From contig JBDONT010000037.1 of NCBI GenBank assembly GCA_039831155.1, positions 1-41,722 on the forward strand: DNA of 41,722 nt, given 5' to 3'. Made by a program: the position numbers and the translations under genes. The notes under the pieces are model-generated. The model saw only the letters and a program-made list of their open reading frames with translations. It was not told the origin of the DNA and ran no database searches. The DNA is from Nautiliaceae bacterium. Its GTDB lineage: Bacteria; Campylobacterota; Campylobacteria; Campylobacterales; Nautiliaceae. Positions 10,235 through 19,867 of the stretch are shown piece by piece (the first letter of the stretch is position 1; every line of letters starts with the position of its first letter).

Positions 10235-11203
10235 ATGAATTTTAGAGACCCTCTTTTTAATTTGATAGTTTTTTTCAGTATTTTGCTCTTTGCGGCTTTG
10301 CTTACTATAGCCCTTGGGAAAATAAGAGAGTATTTTAGGGATAAAAGATTAAAAAAATTTTTAGAAGAGTTTGATTATATAAAAATCGAAAATTTAAAAC
10401 TTGACAAATCCTCTATAGATGCTCTTTATCTTTTGGCTAAAGCGTACGAAAAAGAGGGGGATTTTGAGAAGTCTTTAAAGATTTATTTATGGATTAGTAA
10501 AAACGTAAAAAGCGTTGAGATAATAAAACATATAGCAAAACTTTACTTCAAAGCCGGATTTTTGGAAAAAGCGAAAAATAGCGTTTATCAAGTACTATCC
10601 ACCAGACCCAGGGATGTTGAGATGCTTAAACTGTTGATTTTAATAGATGAAAAATTATGTAATTTAAAAGAGATAGTCGATGTTTTAGAGATATTTGAAG
10701 AACTTGAAATATCTTTAGAAGAAGAAAAAGCGAATGCTCTTTTTAAATTGGCCTTAAACAATAAATGTAATATAGAGTTTTGTGAAGGTATTAAAAGTTT
10801 AGAAGATGTTTATCAAAATTATCCTTTTGTGAAAAGAGAATATTTAAAGGAGATGTTTTTAATAGAACCCAAAAAAGCGTACGAAGAGATAAATGATGAT
10901 GAGGTATATGAATTTTTGGATTTGTATTGGTATAGAAACGATATACCTAAAGAAGATAAGTTTAAAAACGTTTTAGCTGCCAAACACTTACTAAAGTGTG
11001 ATAAAAAAGCACCTTTTGAGATAGAAGTATTAAAACAGGTCGACAAAAATCTGGCGGATTTGGAGTTTGAATATATTTGTAAAAACTGTAAAAAAGTGTT
11101 TCCTCTTTATTCTACAAGATGTCCTAACTGTTATTCTCTTTTTAAGCAAAAGTTGATTTTTAACGTTGTTGAAAAAAAGGATTTGAATTTAACGGAGTTT
11201 TAA
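10235..11203 (+). CDS. LapB/YciM-like TPR membrane protein with C-terminal rubredoxin-like Cys4
   Basis: N-terminal TM helix, TPR-like helices, YICKNC...RCPNC. Confidence 0.7.
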   Translation: MNFRDPLFNLIVFFSILLFAALLTIALGKIREYFRDKRLKKFLEEFDYIKIENLKLDKSSIDALYLLAKAYEKEGDFEKSLKIYLWISKNVKSVEIIKHIAKLYFKAGFLEKAKNSVYQVLSTRPRDVEMLKLLILIDEKLCNLKEIVDVLEIFEELEISLEEEKANALFKLALNNKCNIEFCEGIKSLEDVYQNYPFVKREYLKEMFLIEPKKAYEEINDDEVYEFLDLYWYRNDIPKEDKFKNVLAAKHLLKCDKKAPFEIEVLKQVDKNLADLEFEYICKNCKKVFPLYSTRCPNCYSLFKQKLIFNVVEKKDLNLTEF

Positions 11204-11528
11204 AGGTACACCTGTAAGCCGGGTTCTGTTTAGGAGAGTATTTATCTAGGTGCACACTTTGCAGTGCCACTCGTGCGAAGGGTAGAGTTGCAAGGCTTTA
11301 CCATCCCTTCTTGCTGCGGAGTGGGTTTGCCAGCTGGGTATATCGCTATACCCACTGGTGGGCTCTTACCCCACCGTTTCACCCTTGCCTGTGAGCATAA
11401 GCTCCATCGGCGGTTTGGTTTCTGTGGCACTTTCCCTCGCCTTACGGCGGCAGCCCGTTAGGCTGACCCCTGCCTTGCTGCAGCCCGGACTTTCCTCTGG
11501 TTTCCCAGCACTCTCTCGGTGTACCTTT
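11202..11528 (-). ncRNA. rnpB: RNase P RNA
   Basis: Minus strand shows GAGGAAAGTCCGGGC, GAAAGTGCCACAGAAA and ACAGAACCCGGCTTA conserved motifs; termini pair as P1 (AAAGGTACACC/GGTGTACCTTT); GC-rich island. Confidence 0.97.
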
Positions 11529-11533
11529 ATATA

Positions 11534-11542
11534 ATTATATCA
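11534..11542 (-). promoter_or_regulatory. Extended -10 promoter (TGATATAAT) of rnpB
   Basis: TGnTATAAT about 5 nt upstream of the P1 5' end. Confidence 0.75.
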
Positions 11543-11547
11543 TAAAA

Positions 11548-12549
11548 TTAATTTTTAATTATATCTTGAACGGCTAAATAAGCGTGATTAAACGCTAAAG
11601 CTATACTACCACCGTTGCTTGTTGCGACATCTCCTATAATATATAGTCCTTTTATATTTGTTTGCATAGTTTTTTCTTCATAAACCGGTTCACCTTTTTC
11701 ATTAACTTTTATACCTATATTTTTAAGAAAATCTATAGGAGCCGTACCGCCTAGAGCATATACTACTCTGTCGAAAATTTCACTACTTCCGTCGGTAAAA
11801 TTCACTTTTACTTTAGGAGGAGTGACATTTTCTTCTTCATAAGGTTCTACATTGATTATATCTACACCTAATTTAGATTTTAGTTTTTTTTCTTTTATAT
11901 ATTTTTCTACCAAAGTTTTATTTGTCGGATTCATTTTTGTAATTTCGGCTTTTCTATAATTTAGCGTTACGTTGCAATTTATATTCATATCCACAAGTCC
12001 GTAAGCGTATTCTCCGGCGGTATCTCCTCCTCCCACTATTAATACTTTTTCGCCTTTTTGCACTTTATCCAAATTAAAATTTAATCTTGGTCTTATTTTA
12101 GGAGGGAATTTATATTTCGGTTTATTGGGTTTTCCCATTCTTCCGATGGCTATTATTACATTTCTTGCTTGAATAATTCCTAATTCGTGGTCGGCTCCTA
12201 TTTCAAAAATACCGTCACTATTTTTTTCTATTCCGTATACGTGATGATTGTATTTGATTTTGTCTTCTATTTCGAATTTTTTTATTTTTTTATCCATTTG
12301 GTCTAAAAATTCTTCTTTAGAGCATTCTTGAAACGTTACGTGCCCTATAAAATCGAATTTTTTACCTTGCCAATCTTTGTCCACTCTTTTACCGGGTTTA
12401 TAAAATTTTCTAATTACGTCACAATGATTCTCCGTTTTTTCCAATACTAATATTTTATTTTTTCCGGCTAGTTTCGATTCTATAGCGGCGGCTATACCTC
12501 CAGGACCCGCTCCTATAATTACTATATCCAATACTTTATCTAAGCTCAT
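11548..12549 (-). CDS. fqrB: FqrB-like NADPH:flavodoxin/quinone oxidoreductase (thioredoxin reductase fold without CxxC)
   Basis: GAGPGG, IRKFYK..KRVDKD, GRMGKPNKP and GGGDTA motifs; resembles Helicobacter/Campylobacter FqrB as recalled. Confidence 0.7.
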   Translation of the reverse strand: MSLDKVLDIVIIGAGPGGIAAAIESKLAGKNKILVLEKTENHCDVIRKFYKPGKRVDKDWQGKKFDFIGHVTFQECSKEEFLDQMDKKIKKFEIEDKIKYNHHVYGIEKNSDGIFEIGADHELGIIQARNVIIAIGRMGKPNKPKYKFPPKIRPRLNFNLDKVQKGEKVLIVGGGDTAGEYAYGLVDMNINCNVTLNYRKAEITKMNPTNKTLVEKYIKEKKLKSKLGVDIINVEPYEEENVTPPKVKVNFTDGSSEIFDRVVYALGGTAPIDFLKNIGIKVNEKGEPVYEEKTMQTNIKGLYIIGDVATSNGGSIALAFNHAYLAVQDIIKN

Positions 12550-12624
12550 GAAAGCTCCTTTTTTTATTTAATTGTAACCAATAAAAAAAAATTATAAATA
12601 AATAATAAGAAAAGTAGCTTTTTT

Positions 12625-12731
12625 GTGTGTATAAAAGTAACACTTTTCTTTCTGAATGAATATATATTCACCAGTTTACAGGCTTTTTACGATATTATAT
12701 TATTGAAATAATGTGTTACTAAAAGTAATTA
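12625..12731. promoter_or_regulatory. Two imperfect copies of a 19-bp palindrome, consensus GTGTTACT-AAA-AGTAACAC (candidate operator)
   Basis: 12625-12643 GTGTGTAT-AAA-AGTAACAC; 12713-12731 GTGTTACT-AAA-AGTAATTA. Confidence 0.5.
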
Positions 12732-12842
12732 TCTTTAATAATCAAAAAACAAAGCATAAAAATTTTTAATAATGAAATTAAGCCCGGCTGAAAATGATAT
12801 GTGTAAAAATGAAAAAATTATTAAAAATAATTTAAGAAAATA

Positions 12843-12871
12843 TTTTTTTTTTTTTTAACTATTGTTATAAT
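12843..12871 (+). promoter_or_regulatory. Hydrogenase operon promoter: T14 tract followed by extended -10 TGTTATAAT
   Basis: T run 12843-12856; TGTTATAAT 12863-12871; SD AAGGAG before GTG at 12908. Confidence 0.75.
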
Positions 12872-12907
12872 AGTATTTGAAATAAATAGTCGGTTAAAGG
12901 AGAAAGA

Positions 12908-15900
12908 GTGGAAGGACTGATTTTTTTGTCTTTGTTTTTGGTTTTTGCTTCTAAACTGTATGCCTATTTTAATAAAGAAGATTTAAAAAAATCTTTTTTT
13001 ATCGCTAGTTTAGGAGAGGTTTTTTATTTGGGAATTTCCGTTTTGGGAAGCGAAGCTTTAGGTGTGGCCATCTTGCATATCGAGTATCAGATTGTTTTTA
13101 GAATTTTAGCGTTTTTAATGTTATTCGAATTTTTTAAGTTTAAGAATTCTACTAGTCTTAGTAGTTTAAAAGGTGTAGGATTTAATAAATGGGGGATTGT
13201 TTTCGGGTTTGCCGTTTTTGGTAGTTTGGGTATATCTTTAATTACTTCCAAACAGTTGATTTTAAATGTCTTTACTTCTAGCGGTATGTTTGAATTGGGT
13301 TATATGATAGTGCTGATTAATATTATTCAAGCTGTATATTTAATTACTGTTTTCGAAACTATCGTATTTGAAAAAGGGGAGGAATCTTTAAAAAAAGTTT
13401 CTAATATATTACCGATAGCGATATTTACGTTAGCCGGTATTTTTGTTTTTATTTTACCGAATATATATTTAATAATTCCTTCATCTATAGGGGGAGTTCA
13501 TTATAATTTTGATTTTAGTTTCGATTATTCGGGAGTAAGAGGTGTTTTTGCAACTTTATTCGCTTTCGTAATGTTTCTTGTTTATATTTATTCTTCGGAT
13601 TATATAAATAAATATAAATTTTTTTATTATTCTTTTCTAAGCGTTTTAACTATCTCCCTAATAGGGATAGCAGTAAGTGTTTCTTTTGAGAGTTTTTATC
13701 TTTTTTGGGAACTTATGACCATTTCTTCTTATTTGTTAATTTTATATTCTAGAAAAGAGAGTGCTATTAAAGCTGGTAAAATTTATTTTTTAATGTGTAT
13801 AGCCGGTGCTTATTTATTACAATTGGCGTTTTCTAAATTTTTTGTAAACGGAGTTTATGAATTCGGAGATATTAAAAGTGTTTCTTTAAGTGTGGCTGTT
13901 TTATTACTATTAGGATTCGGTGTAAAAGCCGGTATGGTTCCTTTACAAAAATGGCTTCCTTTAGCTCATCCGGAAGCTCCTAGCAGTATTTCGGCTCCTC
14001 TTTCCGGACTTTTAACTAAAGCGGGTATTTTGGGAATTATTTTCATAATTTATCTTTTCGGTTTTCAGTCGGATATTTTTTCTTATATGTTAATAATAAT
14101 TGGTCTTATTACTTTATTTTACGGAGAAATAAAAACTCTTTTTGAAAAAGATGTTAAAACTTTATTTGCCTATTCCACTATAGGTCAAATAGGAGAAATT
14201 TTAACGGTTTTAGGTTTAATGAGCCTTAGTGCTTTAACTTCGGTAATATACCATATTATAAATCATGCAATAGTAAAAGATTTGCTCTTTTTAAGTATAG
14301 GGATTTTAATTTTAAGTGCAGGAGGGAAAACTTTAGAAGATATTAAAGGAATAGGTAAAAAACTTCCTTTATTAGCTTTTCCTTTCGGAGTGGGTATTTT
14401 TGCGATTAGTGCTTTTCCTCCGTTCGGTAATTTTAACTCTAAATTTTTAATGGTTTATGCAGCAACGGAATCAAATAATTTTGTTGTGGCTTTCGGATTG
14501 ATTATAGGGGCTTTAATAGGTTTTATAGGGATGTTAAGGGTTTTTAAATATGTATTTTTATTCGCTCCTCAAAAAGAATTTAAAAAGGTTGGAGGAGTTA
14601 AAGTAATAGTTACTTATGTGCTTGCTTTCGTTTCATTATTATTAGGGATTTTTCCTAATGCGGTTATTTCATTTATTAATAAAGCCGTGTTCGTTTCTTT
14701 TGATAAGCTTGTAAGCGTTCCTAATTTTACTTTGCATATTCCTTTTGTAGTTTTAATAATGATTATAGGAGCTACGGTTGTATTCTTTTACGGTAAAGAC
14801 TCTTCTAAAAAAGCCGGTATGATAGCTGCTTCGTTTTCATTAATTGCTTTTGTTTCGACTTTAATTTATAAATTTTCATTAGGAAGTTTTTTTGCCGGTT
14901 TAGTTCTTTTTATGGCAGTATTGAATTTTGTATACGCAATGAAATATATGGATCATTCTCATAAACCTTATAGATTCTTTACTAACTTTATGATAATGAT
15001 TATAGGTATATTAGGTGTTGTTTTAAGTAAAGATTTTTATAATATGTTTTTTTATTGGGAAATTATGGGAGGATGGGCTTTATATTTGGCCCTTGTTCAT
15101 GAAGAGGATGAAAAATCCGTAAAAGAAGCTAGTAAATATTTGGTATATAATTTTGCCGGTGCCGGTATTATTATGATAGGCTTGGGAATAATCCTAAATT
15201 ACGGTATTAATTTTGATTTTCTAAAAAATATATCTTTTAACAATACTATTCTCCTTGCATTTATACTTTTAACTATAGGATTCTTAGCTAAAGCCGCTCA
15301 GATTCCGGTAAGAATAGATTATCAAATGCATCCTAAACCGGCACCTACACCTATTAGCGGGTATATATCTTCGGTAATGTTAAAAACAGGTCCTTTTATG
15401 TTGATAAAAATTTTCTATTCTTTAATCGCTACCGGGATTGCTATAAAAATTTTAACTATAGCACCTTTGGCTCATTTAGCGGCTGTTGTAGGAGTGATTA
15501 CTATTTTAATGGGAGCGGCTTTCGGACTCTTGACAAATTCTATGAAAAGGCTTTTAATATTTTTAACCGTAGCCGAAATAGGCTACATAATAGCCGGTAT
15601 TTCTTTACTTAATAGTGACGGATTGGCTGGAGGGTTTTTGCATTTAGTAAATCATATGTTTTTTAAAGACTTACTATTTTTAAGTGCGGGTGCTATTTTT
15701 TATAAAACCGGAGTTGATAATTTAAATGAAATAGGCGGGCTTGCAAGAAAAATGCCTATAACGTTTTTAGCGTTTTTAATTGCGGTATTCTCAACTGCGG
15801 GTGTACCTCTTTATAGCGGATTTGTTTCGAAATGGATGATTTATCACGCATTATTAGAAAAAGGTTACGTATTTTTAGCTGTTTCGGCTTTATTCGGTAG

Positions 15901-16396
15901 TATTATGATTTTACTTGTATTTGTTAAATTTTTACACTCCGCTTATTTCGGAAAAATAGATAAAAGATTTATCAATATTAAAAGAGTTGATTTATGTATG
16001 GCTATACCTATGGGAATTTTAGCTTTCTTAAATGTATTATTGGGAATTTTTCCTTCTATTATGTTAAAACCTATTAGTTTAGTTTTGGAAAGTTTTAATC
16101 TTTCTCCTGTTTCTTATACTTTGGCTTCCGTAAAAATGGGAGATGACGTATTAAATATGGGGGATTTAGCCGTTTATTTAATTGCGGCTATAATAATAGG
16201 ATTTTTACTTATTTATTATTTCGGTAAAAAAGAGAGAAAAACGCATATTTTTCTTTCCGGTGTTAGAGATTTGAGTGAAAGAGAAATCCATCTTCACTCT
16301 CAAAATTATTATGAACCTTTGATAAAATTAATTTTAGGAATTATTAGATTCGTAAAAAGAATCTTCGGATTAAAAGGAGGATATGTTGAACGCTGA
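12908..16396 (+). CDS. cooM: Energy-converting hydrogenase large membrane subunit (CooM-like, fused antiporter-like modules)
   Basis: Two NuoL/M/N-type modules (FWELM..WLP.AHPEAPS; YWEIM..HP.PAPTPIS) plus a partial N-terminal module. Confidence 0.85.
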   Translation: MEGLIFLSLFLVFASKLYAYFNKEDLKKSFFIASLGEVFYLGISVLGSEALGVAILHIEYQIVFRILAFLMLFEFFKFKNSTSLSSLKGVGFNKWGIVFGFAVFGSLGISLITSKQLILNVFTSSGMFELGYMIVLINIIQAVYLITVFETIVFEKGEESLKKVSNILPIAIFTLAGIFVFILPNIYLIIPSSIGGVHYNFDFSFDYSGVRGVFATLFAFVMFLVYIYSSDYINKYKFFYYSFLSVLTISLIGIAVSVSFESFYLFWELMTISSYLLILYSRKESAIKAGKIYFLMCIAGAYLLQLAFSKFFVNGVYEFGDIKSVSLSVAVLLLLGFGVKAGMVPLQKWLPLAHPEAPSSISAPLSGLLTKAGILGIIFIIYLFGFQSDIFSYMLIIIGLITLFYGEIKTLFEKDVKTLFAYSTIGQIGEILTVLGLMSLSALTSVIYHIINHAIVKDLLFLSIGILILSAGGKTLEDIKGIGKKLPLLAFPFGVGIFAISAFPPFGNFNSKFLMVYAATESNNFVVAFGLIIGALIGFIGMLRVFKYVFLFAPQKEFKKVGGVKVIVTYVLAFVSLLLGIFPNAVISFINKAVFVSFDKLVSVPNFTLHIPFVVLIMIIGATVVFFYGKDSSKKAGMIAASFSLIAFVSTLIYKFSLGSFFAGLVLFMAVLNFVYAMKYMDHSHKPYRFFTNFMIMIIGILGVVLSKDFYNMFFYWEIMGGWALYLALVHEEDEKSVKEASKYLVYNFAGAGIIMIGLGIILNYGINFDFLKNISFNNTILLAFILLTIGFLAKAAQIPVRIDYQMHPKPAPTPISGYISSVMLKTGPFMLIKIFYSLIATGIAIKILTIAPLAHLAAVVGVITILMGAAFGLLTNSMKRLLIFLTVAEIGYIIAGISLLNSDGLAGGFLHLVNHMFFKDLLFLSAGAIFYKTGVDNLNEIGGLARKMPITFLAFLIAVFSTAGVPLYSGFVSKWMIYHALLEKGYVFLAVSALFGSIMILLVFVKFLHSAYFGKIDKRFINIKRVDLCMAIPMGILAFLNVLLGIFPSIMLKPISLVLESFNLSPVSYTLASVKMGDDVLNMGDLAVYLIAAIIIGFLLIYYFGKKERKTHIFLSGVRDLSEREIHLHSQNYYEPLIKLILGIIRFVKRIFGLKGGYVER

Positions 16397-17345
16397 AATA
16401 ATTAACTTTTTGATTTTTCCCGGGGGAATATTCGCAATTCTTTTAGGGCTTATATTGATGAGTGTAGAAAGAATTTTAGTAGCTAGATTTCAAGGAAGAG
16501 TAGGACCTGTTTTTTATCAAAATATAATAGATATTATTAAACTTTTTAACAAAGAAACGCTTGTTCCTAAGGATGCTAAATACTTTATTTTTAAATTCGC
16601 ACCTCTTTTCGGATTTTCCGGAATGTTGGTTTTAGTATATTTTTTACCGATACCGGGAGTTTATGAAGGTGTAAAAGGAGATTATGATTTAATAATTTTA
16701 ATTTATTTTATGGCTTTACCGGCTATTTCTCATATTTTAGGAGGAGGGGCTTCTAGTTCGCCTTATGCTGCTATAAGTGTCAGTAGAGAACTTAAACTTA
16801 TGCTTGTATACGAGTTTGTTTTTATTATTATAGGTTTGACATTAGCTATTTATGTAGGACACGGTAGCGGGGAATTTTCTTTGAAAAAAATTATGGATTA
16901 TCAGTTGCAAAACGGTTATTTTTTATTTGATTGGAAATTATGGCCCGCTTTTTTGGCTTTTTTAATTTTTGTATTGGCAACTTTAGAAGTACCTCCTTTT
17001 GAAGTTGCACATCATAATTCGGCGGATATTATGGAAGGTTATTTAATCGAATATAGTGGTACTCCTTTAGCTATGTTCGAAATTACCGAAGCTTTAAAAA
17101 TAGTTGTTTTAAGTATTGTATTTCAAATTTTCTTTTTTCCTAGTGTAATGGGTGATGATATAGTGTTAAATTTATTATGGTTTATAATAAAAACATTATT
17201 TCTGATTATTTTTATAGCATTGGTTCACGCTTCTTTGGCTTCTTTTAGAGCCGATCAAGAATTTAAGTTTTTAATAAGAATACCTGTAGTATTGGCTTTG
17301 CTTTCGTTAATTTTAGTTATTTTATCTATAAAAGGATTAATATGA
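16383..17345 (+). CDS. cooK: Hydrogenase membrane subunit (NuoH-like)
   Basis: ER.L.AR.QGRVGP, D.IKL..KE, PPF and EYSG motifs. Confidence 0.85.
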   Translation: MLNAEIINFLIFPGGIFAILLGLILMSVERILVARFQGRVGPVFYQNIIDIIKLFNKETLVPKDAKYFIFKFAPLFGFSGMLVLVYFLPIPGVYEGVKGDYDLIILIYFMALPAISHILGGGASSSPYAAISVSRELKLMLVYEFVFIIIGLTLAIYVGHGSGEFSLKKIMDYQLQNGYFLFDWKLWPAFLAFLIFVLATLEVPPFEVAHHNSADIMEGYLIEYSGTPLAMFEITEALKIVVLSIVFQIFFFPSVMGDDIVLNLLWFIIKTLFLIIFIALVHASLASFRADQEFKFLIRIPVVLALLSLILVILSIKGLI

Positions 17346-17770
17346 GTATTATAACTAGAAGTCCCTTTTTATTTAGAATTAATACCGGTAGTTGTAACGG
17401 ATGTGACGTTGAATTGGCAACTACGGCCATGATACCTAGATACGATGTTGAAAGGTTGGGTTGTAGATATACCGGTTCTCCTAAACATGCGGACATTTTA
17501 TTGGTAACCGGTCCTATAACGGCTAGAAGTAAACCTTATTTAATTGAAGTTTTAGATGAGTTGCCTAAGCCTTTTGTAGTGGTAGCGATAGGTACTTGTC
17601 CTGCAAGTTGTGGTATTTTTAGAGATTCTTATTCTATAGAGGGACCGCTTGATAAATATGTTAAAGTCGATGTGAACGTTCCCGGATGCCCTCCTAGACC
17701 TCAATCGATTATAGACGGGGTGGCGAAAGCTATAGAAATTTGGAAAAGAAAAATAAGGGATGAAAAATGA
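17342..17770 (+). CDS. cooL: [NiFe] hydrogenase small subunit (NuoB-like)
   Basis: GSCNGCDVE, SPKHADILLVTGP, GTC and VPGCPPRP motifs. Confidence 0.9.
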   Translation: MSIITRSPFLFRINTGSCNGCDVELATTAMIPRYDVERLGCRYTGSPKHADILLVTGPITARSKPYLIEVLDELPKPFVVVAIGTCPASCGIFRDSYSIEGPLDKYVKVDVNVPGCPPRPQSIIDGVAKAIEIWKRKIRDEK

Positions 17771-18270
17771 GCGGATTTTTAAAAATTGCGATTAGAAACC
17801 TTTTAAAAGGTCCTACGACCGATCCTTATCCTTTCGGACCTACTTTCATACCGGATAAATTAAGAGGAAAATTAAAAGTTGATCCTAAAGCTTGTACTGC
17901 GTGCGGAACTTGTGAAGAAGTTTGCCCTTCCGCAGCTATTCATATTACTAAAAATAATAATTTATATGTTCATACAACTTGGTATAATACTTGTTGTTTT
18001 TGCGGAAACTGTGAGTTTTTTTGTCCGACTGGAGCTATAAAACTTAGCAATGATTTTCATACGGCTAATACGGAGGAGGAAAAATATAAATTCGTAAGTA
18101 TTGCCGTTATTCCGGAAATAAAATGTGAAAAATGTAATAAATTTTTCGTACCTCCTAGTGAGGAATTGTTAAAAAGAGCTTATCCTCATATAAATGAAAA
18201 TATAGAAAAATTTAAAAAAATATGTCCTGAATGTAGAAAAAAAGAAGCTTTTAAAAGGTTGCATAAATGA
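17767..18270 (+). CDS. cooX: Hydrogenase 2x[4Fe-4S] subunit (NuoI-like)
   Basis: CTACGTCEEVCP and CCFCGNCEFFCP plus C-terminal CEKC...CPEC. Confidence 0.85.
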   Translation: MSGFLKIAIRNLLKGPTTDPYPFGPTFIPDKLRGKLKVDPKACTACGTCEEVCPSAAIHITKNNNLYVHTTWYNTCCFCGNCEFFCPTGAIKLSNDFHTANTEEEKYKFVSIAVIPEIKCEKCNKFFVPPSEELLKRAYPHINENIEKFKKICPECRKKEAFKRLHK

Positions 18271-18788
18271 ATGAAATGAAAGAGACATTAACGAGAAAAG
18301 TTAAATCCGAAATAAAAGAGAGGTTGGAAGAATTCGATTTAAGGGAAGAGATTGATGAGAAAGGGAACGTTCAGTTGTGGTTAAAGCTGTATAATTTAAA
18401 AGATATTTTACATATAGCTCAATTAGTTAAAGATTTCGGAGGTAGATGTATAATTATAAGTGCCTATAAAAAAGATAATCATAGTGTATTGGTTTATCAT
18501 TTTGATATAGACGGTATGATTTTAAATGTAGAACTTGAACTTTTTGATAATAAAGTTTATTCGATTACGCCTATTTTAAATTCTGCAAATTGGGCTGAAA
18601 GAGAATTTAAAGAAATGTATGAAATAGAACTTATAGGACATCCTAATCCGGCAAGACTGTTTTTGGACGAAAGTATAGCCGAGGGTGTTTTAAGAGAGTA
18701 TATGCCGCTTTCTCAAGCGATGAATGGAGCGGCTACTTGTTGTATGTGGGAAAAGATTGAAAGTGAAAGGTTAGAAGATGAAAACTAA
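18267..18788 (+). CDS. cooU: Hydrogenase NuoC-like subunit
   Basis: SITP....ANWAERE..EMY....GHPNP.RLFL. Confidence 0.85.
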   Translation: MNEMKETLTRKVKSEIKERLEEFDLREEIDEKGNVQLWLKLYNLKDILHIAQLVKDFGGRCIIISAYKKDNHSVLVYHFDIDGMILNVELELFDNKVYSITPILNSANWAEREFKEMYEIELIGHPNPARLFLDESIAEGVLREYMPLSQAMNGAATCCMWEKIESERLEDEN

Positions 18789-19857
18789 AATTCCTATAGG
18801 ACCTTTTCATGTAGGGTTGGAAGAGCCTATTTATTTTAAGATTACTTTAAATGGAGAAACGGTAGATGAAGTTGATATGATAAACGGTTTTGTCCATAGA
18901 GGGATAGAGTATTTAGCAATGCAAAAAAACTTTTTTCAAAATCTTATATTAACGGAGAGAGTTTGTGCTCTTTGTTCGAATAATCATCCTTTTACTTATG
19001 TGATGGCGGTTGAAAAAATAGCCGGTATTAAAATAAGCAAAAGAGCCGAATATTTAAGAGTTATTGCCGATGAAGTAAAAAGAATAGCTTCTCATATGTT
19101 TAATCTTTCTATGCTTGCTCATTTAATAGGTTTTCATTCTTTAATGACTCAAACTATGGAGGCTAGAGAAATAGTGCAAGATATTAAAGAATCAATTTGG
19201 GGAAATAGAATGGATATGAGTGCTAATACTTTAAGCGGTGTAAAGTATGATTTAAACGAATCCCAAATAAAATATATATTAAAAAGTCTTGATAAAGTTG
19301 AAAAAGAGGCCGATGAACTTATTGATATCTATTTTAATAATAAACTTGTAAAAGCCAGAACCGTAAATGTAGGGGTGCTCCCAAAAGAAGATGCAATTCG
19401 TTTGGGTGTTGCCGGACCTACCGCAAGAGGTAGCGGGGTTAATAATGATGTACGTTTAAAAGCTCCTTATGCGGCTTATGACGAACTTAAACCTAAATTT
19501 ATTATAGAGGAGGGTGGTGATGTTTATTCCAGAATGAGAGTAAGGTGGAGAGAGGTGAAGGATTCTATAAGACTTTTGAGGGATGCTCTTAATAATTTGC
19601 CGGAAGGTCCTATTGTTACTCAAAAAAGACCTCATATTCCGGCGGGAGAAGCGGTAACCAGAAGTGAAGCCCCAAGAGGGGAACTTATCTATTATTTAAA
19701 AACAAACGGTTCTCAAAAACCTGAAAGAATGAGATGGAGAGTTCCGACTTATATGAATTGGGAAGCTTTAAGGGTTATGATTCCGGGGAATAAATTAAGT
19801 GATGTTGCGGTAATTTTTAATAGTATAGACCCATGTATTTCATGTACAGAAAGATAA
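18778..19857 (+). CDS. cooH: Group 4 (Coo-type) [NiFe] hydrogenase large subunit
   Basis: L1 motif ERVCALCSNNH; L2 motif DPCISCTER at the C-terminus with no cleavable extension. Confidence 0.93.
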   Translation: MKTKIPIGPFHVGLEEPIYFKITLNGETVDEVDMINGFVHRGIEYLAMQKNFFQNLILTERVCALCSNNHPFTYVMAVEKIAGIKISKRAEYLRVIADEVKRIASHMFNLSMLAHLIGFHSLMTQTMEAREIVQDIKESIWGNRMDMSANTLSGVKYDLNESQIKYILKSLDKVEKEADELIDIYFNNKLVKARTVNVGVLPKEDAIRLGVAGPTARGSGVNNDVRLKAPYAAYDELKPKFIIEEGGDVYSRMRVRWREVKDSIRLLRDALNNLPEGPIVTQKRPHIPAGEAVTRSEAPRGELIYYLKTNGSQKPERMRWRVPTYMNWEALRVMIPGNKLSDVAVIFNSIDPCISCTER

Positions 19858-19867
19858 AGGAGAGTAA

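Noticed and set aside
11242-11461. Two short ORFs (62 and 65 aa)
   Set aside because: They lie within the GC-rich RNase P RNA gene and are spurious frames.
19830-19857. Missing C-terminal extension and maturation protease for the large subunit
   Set aside because: Normal for Coo/Ech-type hydrogenases; not a truncation.
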